From NCBI GenBank assembly GCA_963741945.1, contig CAVUKA010000004.1:160001-224000 (forward strand): DNA of 64,000 bases, written 5' to 3'. Every line of letters starts with the position of its first letter. Position 1 is the first letter of the stretch. The DNA comes from an uncultured Gemmatimonadales bacterium (lineage in GTDB: Bacteria; Gemmatimonadota; Gemmatimonadetes; Longimicrobiales; RSA9). The translations under genes were made by a program, and so were the position numbers. Under the pieces are notes generated by a model. The model searched no databases. It was given only the letters and a program-made list of their open reading frames with translations, and had not been told where the DNA came from. This document shows positions 30,908 to 38,194 of this stretch, in pieces.

Positions 30908-31777
30908 GTGAAGCGGCGGCTGCCCGCCGGCTTGCACCCGTCCGGTGGTGTTCCTTTACGGAGTACGGACACGAGCGTGGACGGCACGACCACGAGGCCG
31001 ATCGGCACCTACGACGTGGCCCGCGAGGCGGAGGCCCTTATCCGCTGCCTTTCGGGCGTCCTGCACGCTTCCGTCCACGCGGGCCTCGGCGGGATCGACG
31101 CGATCCACGTCACCGCAATGGACGCCGAGGACGCCCGCGGCATGCCCGCCCGCATTCGCTCCGCTCTCCTCGCCGGCCTCGCGACCCCCGTCCTCCCCGC
31201 CCGGATCCACGTCCGGACGGCCGAAGCTGGCGACCCCGTGGACACCACCCTCGGCGCACCCACCCCACAGCCCCGGGCGACCCCTCACACCGGCCGACCG
31301 CTGCGCCTGCTCGGTTCGCCCCCGGCGGAGCACGCCCACGAGCCGATCCACCAGCGGGATGCCGATCCCGGCAAGGTCGCTCAGGAAGACCAGCGCAGGG
31401 AACCGACCTACACCGGCACCCCTCACCTCGTCGCCGTGGACCTCGATCGCCCCGGCGACGGACGCGTGCTCTGTCGCGTCTCTGTCGCCTTCGACGCACA
31501 CGTCCACCGCGCCGAGGCCGCCGCCATCGACCTCCCCGGGGCCGCCGCTCACGCTGCCGCCCAGGCCACCGTCGGCGCTCTCGTCGATGCCGGCCTCACC
31601 GGCCTCGAGCTCGGCGGCCTCCGGGAAGTCGAGATCGCCGGACGCGACTACGTCCTCGTCGCCCTGCGACGCACGGACACATGCATCCGACACCGCTCCG
31701 GGAGCGCTCCCGTCCTCGACGCCCCCGAGCGCGCCGCCGCCCGCGCCACCGTGGCCGCGGCCAACGATATCCTGTAA
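30908..31777 (+). CDS. Conserved hypothetical cytoplasmic protein upstream of the peptide/HD-GYP cassette
   Basis: Two domains with a Pro-rich linker: N-terminal IDAIHV...RIRSALLA and C-terminal RAAARATVAAAN, loosely like the LeuA regulatory-domain tail; start uncertain. Confidence 0.65.
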   Translation: MKRRLPAGLHPSGGVPLRSTDTSVDGTTTRPIGTYDVAREAEALIRCLSGVLHASVHAGLGGIDAIHVTAMDAEDARGMPARIRSALLAGLATPVLPARIHVRTAEAGDPVDTTLGAPTPQPRATPHTGRPLRLLGSPPAEHAHEPIHQRDADPGKVAQEDQRREPTYTGTPHLVAVDLDRPGDGRVLCRVSVAFDAHVHRAEAAAIDLPGAAAHAAAQATVGALVDAGLTGLELGGLREVEIAGRDYVLVALRRTDTCIRHRSGSAPVLDAPERAAARATVAAANDIL

Positions 31778-31986
31778 CCGCCGCCACGATGGCGCTGAAC
31801 GAAAACCGGACCTCGGTACACACGGCCCACGGGCCTGAGAGAACATGGCAAGGAGATAATCAGGACTAACGGAGCCCCCCGCCGGCGAAAACCAGTCAAG
31901 GTCTCAGCGGAGCCTGCAGTACCAGCGGAGCGTTCGCGGCCAATTAGCGGAATACGGCCGACGCCACGCGAAAGGAGGTGACGCTT

Positions 31987-32058
31987 ATGACCGAGATGAT
32001 GTTTCGGATGATCGGGGCTATTGTCGCGCTGTTTACCGCGGGATGGGTTAGCCTCTAG
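31987..32058 (+). CDS. 23-aa hydrophobic peptide MTEMMFRMIGAIVALFTAGWVSL, absent from the ORF track
   Basis: Strong SD AAAGGAGGTG at 31971-31980, 6 nt before ATG; tandem stops TAG-TAA; 27 nt upstream of the HD-GYP gene. Confidence 0.75.
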   Translation: MTEMMFRMIGAIVALFTAGWVSL

Positions 32059-32085
32059 TAAGTGGTGGGGGCTCCGCTTTCTTTT

Positions 32086-33438
32086 ATGCGTCAGCCTAAG
32101 GCTTGGTACCTGTACATTGCAGCTCTCGCTGCAGGCGGCGCTGTGCTGATTGCATTGCTCCCATGGGATGCTATATGGGCTTTGCAACGCGCAGATGTGG
32201 CTGGCATTCTCATTTTTGTCGCCCTCGCCGTGCTGTCACAAGCCCTCGCTGTGGATGCGGCCGTGGGTGGATCCCGGTCAGCAACGGTATCGGTTTCGTA
32301 TCTGCCGCTATTGGCGATGGCAATAATTTTCCCATCGCCGGCGGTGGCATGCGCCGCCGGGGCAATGGCCGCGATTACAGAGCTTTTCAAGGGGGAAGCT
32401 CGGCGCTGGCACACAGGTGTCTTCAACATATCGCAGGCCGTACTTTCATACGGACTCGGTGCTGTCGTGTTCAGGATCGTGTTGACGGCACTGGCCGGTC
32501 CGGAAGCACGCGGCCTTTCCGCGGGGCTCGCCGTAACATTCTTCCCCTTCTATTCTTTGGTTCTTGTCTTATTTGTTTTGAACATGTCGTTCGTAAGCGT
32601 AGCAATATCTATCCGGGAACAGAAGCCCCTTTGGGGTGTGATGCACGAGTTCAGCGGACGTGGCGGGGGAAATCTTTTTTATGATATCCTGGCCAGTCCC
32701 ATGGCCTTGGTGGCCGCCTACCTCTATGCAAATCTGCAGGCCGCAGGATTAGTTGCCGTTGTCTTGCCTCTCCTTCTCATTCGGAACACCTATCTCTCGA
32801 ATAGCCAATTACAGAAAGCAAACCGCGATTTATTGAATGTGCTTATAAAGGCCATCGAGACACGTGACCCTTACACGTCGGGTCACTCCCTGCGTGTGTC
32901 CACTTTGGCGCGAATGATTGCCGAGGACTTTGGGCTTCGCTCAAATGTCGTCGCTAGGATTGAGACGGCCGCATTGCTGCACGACATCGGCAAGATAGAC
33001 GCTCTTTTTGCTCAGATCATCTCTAAAGAGGGATCTCTGACAGAGCAAGAGCGAAATATTATTCGTACACACGCCACTAAAGGCGCGGATCTCCTCGCGA
33101 GTCTCACGTCCCTTGAAAAGGACATCATAGTTGGCGTCCGCCACCATCATGAGCGATTCGATGGTACTGGTTATCCCGATGGTTTGGCGGGGAAGGAAAT
33201 TCCCCTTCCTGCACGCATTATCATGATTTGCGACTCGTTGGATGCAATGTTGTCTGATCGGCCTTACCGGAATGCGCTACCATTACCTGAGGTGCGAGCG
33301 GAACTGCAGCGTTGCGGTGGCACTCAGTTCGATCCAGATCTTGTACGCACGATCCTGGAGCGCAACACACTTGAACGTGCGGAGTTGTTGGTCGATCGCT
33401 CTGGAGCCCGGAGCCCGATGCGAGCCGTGGTCGGATAG
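32086..33438 (+). CDS. Membrane-bound HD-GYP cyclic di-nucleotide phosphodiesterase
   Basis: About 7 TM segments, then RDPYTSGHS, LLHDIGKI, HHHERFDGTGYPDGL, DSLDAM..RPYR and QFDP; metal ligands intact. Confidence 0.9.
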   Translation: MRQPKAWYLYIAALAAGGAVLIALLPWDAIWALQRADVAGILIFVALAVLSQALAVDAAVGGSRSATVSVSYLPLLAMAIIFPSPAVACAAGAMAAITELFKGEARRWHTGVFNISQAVLSYGLGAVVFRIVLTALAGPEARGLSAGLAVTFFPFYSLVLVLFVLNMSFVSVAISIREQKPLWGVMHEFSGRGGGNLFYDILASPMALVAAYLYANLQAAGLVAVVLPLLLIRNTYLSNSQLQKANRDLLNVLIKAIETRDPYTSGHSLRVSTLARMIAEDFGLRSNVVARIETAALLHDIGKIDALFAQIISKEGSLTEQERNIIRTHATKGADLLASLTSLEKDIIVGVRHHHERFDGTGYPDGLAGKEIPLPARIIMICDSLDAMLSDRPYRNALPLPEVRAELQRCGGTQFDPDLVRTILERNTLERAELLVDRSGARSPMRAVVG

Positions 33439-33559
33439 CCTCCACGCCGCCGTTCATTGCTGGACTCCGAAGCGGCTTTCTACTTTGTCCAGCCGGTCCG
33501 TCCCAACGTGCCATTGTGTTACCTGCACGGTTCAGCAGATTTGAACAGCTACTTTGTAC

Positions 33560-33583
33560 AAAACGCCTTCTTGCGAGAAGGCG
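33560..33583 (-). terminator. Hairpin with T-tract on the minus strand (possible intrinsic terminator)
   Basis: Perfect 8-bp stem CGCCTTCT (33564-33571)/AGAAGGCG (33576-33583) preceded by AAAA on the + strand. Confidence 0.4.
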
Positions 33584-33687
33584 GAAGGATGCGGCACCGA
33601 CTTTAGTCTCCCGCATTCTCGCGATTGAGCCGGTTCGCTTACACACGCAGTTTTCGAATACGCCTGCCGATGATCGGGGAGTCGCCT

Positions 33688-36600
33688 ATGCCACGGTCGC
33701 TTCCATGCGCCTATCTTCTGGGCCCCATTTCCTCCGTTCAAGTTGAACCGCAGCGCGATTTGGCCGCGAAGGAGTGGGCCCTGCTCGTCCTCATTATTGT
33801 AGATGGGCCTCAGCACCGGCAGGCAGCCGCCGATACATTATGGACCGCCTCGCCGACATCGGCCCGCCATAGCCTAAGCCAAGCCCTATATCAGATCCGG
33901 AGAAAGCTAGGACCCGAAGTTCTGATCGGAGATTTCAACGTCGTCGGGCGTGGGGGTATCAGGTCAGACATTGAGATGTTCGATGAAATGATCGAAAGAG
34001 GCGACTGGGTTTCGGCGGCACGCCTGTATCGTGGCGATCTTGCCTTCGGGCTCGATCCTGCCCTTCCGGATGCCTTCCTTGATTGGTTGGCCATTGCGCG
34101 GGAGACTTATCGCCGACGTGCGCGTGAGGTTTTGGACCACCTCCTAGCAGGGGGTGAAGCGGAAGAGGCTTCACGTTTGGCCTCAGTTCTCCTGGACTAT
34201 GATCCGGCCGATCCCGTCGCCATAGCGGCCAGCCAGGTTCACTCCGACCCTAGGCCGAACCTCACTACCAGCCTTGGCTCTGACTTCCCGCCGAAGCTCT
34301 TCGTTCGGTTCGTCGGCAGGAGTTCAGAACTTGAGTTTCTCGAGCGAGCTGCAAATGCGTGCGCAGGGGGATCTGTAAGAGGTGTAGCCATCACGGGGGA
34401 AGCCGGTGTTGGAAAGACCGCGTTGCTGACTCGATTCCTTCGGCTTCAGGCCGTGCGAGGCTCAAAGGTTCTGACTGCGCGAGCGAGTGATGTAGAAAAC
34501 AACTTGCCATTCGGCGTTGTAACGCAATGGGCCCGCGATGCCATTGATCGCGATCCGCGTCGCGAAGCTAGCAGCGCCTCTCGCTGCGCGGATCACGAAG
34601 ACTACCTTGTTTCATTGCTGAGCGGCGAGGTGGGCGGTTCTTCTCCGGTTGAGGACTGGGACCAGTTCCGGTTTCTTGAGGCACTCCGAAGGCTCTTTCT
34701 CCAGACATCTCGGGATCGCCTCCTTATCCTCAGCGTAGATGACATGCAGTTCGCGGATGCAGCGTCGATCGGTTTCCTCCGGTACGTAGCACGCATTGGC
34801 ACTGACGCTCGCATCCTTTTTGTTGCAACCGTTAGGACTCAATTGGGGGCTTCTAACGTCCCGTTTTCCGACACGTTGCCGCTACAGCGGCTTGATCTCC
34901 TCCCCTTCTCGCTCGACGAAGTTGCAGAATTTATCGGGCGTCTCGCTGACGCCCGAGACCGGCAACGTTTCGACCCTTCGCAGGTGTTTTCGAAGACAGG
35001 TGGAAACCCTCTGTTGCTGACATCGCTAATGAGAGATCGGGGAAACGAAACTCTCCCAACTCATCCTTCACGCGGGTACGGCTTCTTCACAGAGCAAATC
35101 CACTCATTAAGCGGTAACGCTGAGAAGCTGCTGGCGGCAGCCTCAGTCGCCGGAGAACCTATCTCAATGGCCAACGCTGCGCTGATTGCCGGCATTCCCG
35201 AGAACGAGATGGGTGAGGCGGCGTTGGAGCTTGAATCATCTGGGCTGTTGCTACGGGACCAAAGAGGTGTCCGCCCTCGCCACGGGCTGGTCGCAGACGC
35301 GGCGTTGGAGGAGCTTTCCTCTTTTGACCGACGCTCTCTATACGGGCGTGCCGCAAGCATCTACTCACGGTTGCAGTTGTCCCCCGCAGTGTTGGCAGTC
35401 CGCCATGATATCGCCGGCGATCGCGGCTCGGCATTCTCTGCCGCATTGAGGGCGGCAGCGGCGAGCTCTGAGCTACATGCGTACCGTGAACACGAGTTCT
35501 TTCTGAAGCTTGCCTTGGACAGCGCGCCAAGCCAAGAAGAAGCTGCCCAGGTCAAGGTGGACTTAGCAGAACTCATGGTTCGTTCGGATAGAAGGCGAGA
35601 AGCTCACGACCTTCTCGACGGCATCACAACTGCCGACATTTCAGACAAAACTGCCGCGAAGTCGGAGTCTCTGAAGCTCTTGCTGGCGCTTTCGGCCGCT
35701 CGCGATGAATCTATTCTGGACCAGTCTCTGCCCTTAATCGAAGAGCTGCAGGGCCGAGTAACGCCCACACGACTTGCTGAGTTGTACGTAGAAGTGGGAG
35801 CGGTAGCTCACGATTACTCCCGCACCGGTATGGCCGTTGCGGCCGCACAAGCCACTTTGGGCGTGTGTCGGATGCATCCCGGTTCGGCTGTGCTTTCGAG
35901 AATCGCCGCGCGAGCAGCCACAATTCTGGGCACGTACGTTGGATATGAAGCAGGGCTCGAAGCGATTAGTGAATGGATGCGGCACGCTGAAGACGCACCC
36001 GAAAACAAGGCAGCGCTTCTGATTGCTAGAGGATCCATTCTCATGGGCGCTGGGCGATTGACAGAGGCGGTCGAAGCATTTGCCGAAGCGATGGAATTCG
36101 TGGAGCAGTTCGGACTGTACGATCTTCTTTTTTCTGTACACAACAACATCGGGGTTTGCTACCTAGAACGCGGGATGTACTCGCATGCCCGTGGTCATTT
36201 TGATCGCGCCTTGGCGTTGGCCAGAGACGGAATGGTTGCGAGCCATGCGGGCATCGCGGTAGATAACTATGCCGGTTTCCTTTACGAGGTTGGAGACCGA
36301 GAAGGAGCAATCAAATATTGCAGATCCGCGCTCGCAACCGAACAGATCACCTCCGTTCGCAGTCTATTGTCCCAGCATTCCATCATTGGTCTATGTTCGC
36401 TCGAGATAGGGCGGGTTTCTGCGGCACAGGCAGCCCGACGGGAAATTGCGCTGACATTGACAAACCAGGAATATCAGGGGAGCGATATCTCTTACATCGA
36501 GATATTTTTGGCGCGCATGTTGATGCTGGAGGGACAGGCGGATCGGGCGAAGGCGCGTCTGGCCACGGCCATCCGCGCCTATGCGCCGCGCGAGGAGCTC

Positions 36601-36768
36601 GCGTCCGCGCGGATGGAGCTCGAGCTGGCGCGCATCGAGCTCCGTGAGGATCCCGCGGCCGCGGGCGAGCGGGCGGAAGCGGTGCTCGCGCGGCTGGCTG
36701 GCTCGGGCGCCGTCCCGCTCATCGAGATGGCCGAGAGCCTGGTCCATCGGGCGCTCACCCGCGTCTAG
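33688..36768 (+). CDS. BTAD/SARP-like AAA ATPase-TPR transcriptional regulator (STAND-like)
   Basis: SLSQALYQIRRKLG and LYRGDLA..FLDWL (BTAD); FVGRSSEL; Walker A GEAGVGKT; Walker B LSVDDMQFAD; TGGNPL; C-terminal TPRs (HNNIGVCY). Confidence 0.85.
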   Translation: MPRSLPCAYLLGPISSVQVEPQRDLAAKEWALLVLIIVDGPQHRQAAADTLWTASPTSARHSLSQALYQIRRKLGPEVLIGDFNVVGRGGIRSDIEMFDEMIERGDWVSAARLYRGDLAFGLDPALPDAFLDWLAIARETYRRRAREVLDHLLAGGEAEEASRLASVLLDYDPADPVAIAASQVHSDPRPNLTTSLGSDFPPKLFVRFVGRSSELEFLERAANACAGGSVRGVAITGEAGVGKTALLTRFLRLQAVRGSKVLTARASDVENNLPFGVVTQWARDAIDRDPRREASSASRCADHEDYLVSLLSGEVGGSSPVEDWDQFRFLEALRRLFLQTSRDRLLILSVDDMQFADAASIGFLRYVARIGTDARILFVATVRTQLGASNVPFSDTLPLQRLDLLPFSLDEVAEFIGRLADARDRQRFDPSQVFSKTGGNPLLLTSLMRDRGNETLPTHPSRGYGFFTEQIHSLSGNAEKLLAAASVAGEPISMANAALIAGIPENEMGEAALELESSGLLLRDQRGVRPRHGLVADAALEELSSFDRRSLYGRAASIYSRLQLSPAVLAVRHDIAGDRGSAFSAALRAAAASSELHAYREHEFFLKLALDSAPSQEEAAQVKVDLAELMVRSDRRREAHDLLDGITTADISDKTAAKSESLKLLLALSAARDESILDQSLPLIEELQGRVTPTRLAELYVEVGAVAHDYSRTGMAVAAAQATLGVCRMHPGSAVLSRIAARAATILGTYVGYEAGLEAISEWMRHAEDAPENKAALLIARGSILMGAGRLTEAVEAFAEAMEFVEQFGLYDLLFSVHNNIGVCYLERGMYSHARGHFDRALALARDGMVASHAGIAVDNYAGFLYEVGDREGAIKYCRSALATEQITSVRSLLSQHSIIGLCSLEIGRVSAAQAARREIALTLTNQEYQGSDISYIEIFLARMLMLEGQADRAKARLATAIRAYAPREELASARMELELARIELREDPAAAGERAEAVLARLAGSGAVPLIEMAESLVHRALTRV

Positions 36769-37523
36769 ACCAGCCCCTCTCGCCGGAGCCACTCCTCGAC
36801 GATCCACTCCCATCCGAGATGATCCCGGACGAACAATGGCCGATAGCCAATGAGGCGGTTCATGGAATTGCTCATGGTGAAGCCATCCGGATACCCGAAG
36901 CGACCCGCTACGCGGTTGATGTTGGAGCGCGTGTTCTGGAGGTGCATGGACGCGTGCAGCAGGCGCGCGAACTGGAGCCAGTGCGACGGGACGGGCAGTT
37001 CGCGGTCACGGAAGAACCGGCCGAGTGTCCGACGTGACTGACAGAGCTCATCCGCCATCTGCTCGATGCTGTGCACCTGCGGCGCACGGGAGAAGATGGT
37101 GTAGACGCGGGCGCGGACGTCGGCCGCCGCGAGCAGTCCCACCAGGTCCAGGTAATCGGCCACTGCGAGCGCCAGCGATTGGGGAGGCGTGGCCAGGAGC
37201 GTGCGGAGCGCCGTCATTGTTCCGCGTCCGGCCGTCGGCAGCACGCCTCGCGGTCGAAGCTCGGGAACGTGCCGCAGGACGGGCACCACCGGCGCAATGT
37301 CCTCGGGCTCTGGCAGGACCACGAACAGGGGAAGCTCGCGCGGCTTCTCCATCACCCAGTCCAGCTCCGACCACACGGCCCCGACCGCAGCCATGAACCA
37401 TACCACCGCGGCGCCTGGCTGGGGCCCCGCCGCAGGCCCGAACGTGGGCTCGACCCGCTCGTAGGTGAAGTAGGGCGGCCGGAAGAGGTGCAAACCTGTC
37501 GGGAGCTTCGGCTGGACGGGCAT
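36765..37523 (-). CDS. AraC-type HTH domain protein
   Basis: MADELCQSRRTLGR..PSHWLQFARLL..VAGRFGYPDGFTMS double HTH; GGAGG SD. Confidence 0.8.
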   Translation of the reverse strand: MPVQPKLPTGLHLFRPPYFTYERVEPTFGPAAGPQPGAAVVWFMAAVGAVWSELDWVMEKPRELPLFVVLPEPEDIAPVVPVLRHVPELRPRGVLPTAGRGTMTALRTLLATPPQSLALAVADYLDLVGLLAAADVRARVYTIFSRAPQVHSIEQMADELCQSRRTLGRFFRDRELPVPSHWLQFARLLHASMHLQNTRSNINRVAGRFGYPDGFTMSNSMNRLIGYRPLFVRDHLGWEWIVEEWLRREGLV

Positions 37524-37711
37524 GGAATCCTCCTGAATGGGGTCCGGGTGCTGTAAGCAACCTCGCCCGCCGGTATCATCACAGCGTCAAAGGCCAGCAG
37601 CCGCGCGCCCGAACGCCTCCGTCACACCGCCTTCACACCGCTCGCAGTCAATGGAGTGGAACGGATCTTTCCACATCCATTTCCCCGGGCGAAACGTATG
37701 GCGGAGGTACG

Positions 37712-38128
37712 ATGGGTGGCTCGAGCGGGACGGAGGTCGGGGGGCATGGGATCCCCCTCAATGGCGATAGGCGGGGGCTGGATCTGGCCCCGCGAGAGCA
37801 GCGGCTGTTGGACCTCATCGAGGAGCTCCTGCGTCGGCAGAGGCGGCGACCGGACATGGTGGTCCGGCCGTGGTGGACGCCGACATCGGGTGTGGACGAC
37901 GTTTCGCGGGTGGGATTCGTGCTGGAGTACTGCCCCGGGGGCGTGGTCAGCGTCGAACTGGCCGTGCGCGGCGATCGTGTAACGGTGGACGGGCCGGGCG
38001 GCGCATCGGAGGTTCCACTTCGCCTGTCGGAGTGCTGGGAGATTGACGGAGTCGACGCCGGCTCACCGGAGATCCTGGCCAATCACCTGCTACGGCTGGC
38101 TGACAGGGCGCTCGAACGAGACGTCTGA
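37712..38128 (+). CDS. Hypothetical protein
   Basis: 138 aa ORF with plausible composition; start uncertain. Confidence 0.5.
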   Translation: MGGSSGTEVGGHGIPLNGDRRGLDLAPREQRLLDLIEELLRRQRRRPDMVVRPWWTPTSGVDDVSRVGFVLEYCPGGVVSVELAVRGDRVTVDGPGGASEVPLRLSECWEIDGVDAGSPEILANHLLRLADRALERDV

Positions 38129-38194
38129 GGAGGTGGCGGCCCGCGCCCCCGCGTCGCCGTCATTCGCGGCGGCGCGGGGTCACGGCCGAGCGGG

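Noticed and set aside
31789-31869. Second short ORF MALNENRTSVHTAHGPERTWQGDNQD
   Set aside because: No SD and no distinctive composition
31780-31980. c-di-GMP-I/II or c-di-AMP riboswitch upstream of the peptide/HD-GYP genes
   Set aside because: Could not match the consensus elements by eye; needs an Rfam scan
31987-32058. Peptide as an AgrD-type or RiPP precursor
   Set aside because: No Cys, no AgrD-like charged tail, and no AgrB, modifying enzyme or peptide exporter nearby
31800-36540. Low-GC block as a prophage, IS or integrative element
   Set aside because: No integrase, transposase, att repeats or tRNA; one edge lies inside an intact gene
33688-36768. STAND protein as an Avs-type antiphage system
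   Set aside because: N-terminus is BTAD/regulator-like with no nuclease, SIR2 or TIR effector recognised
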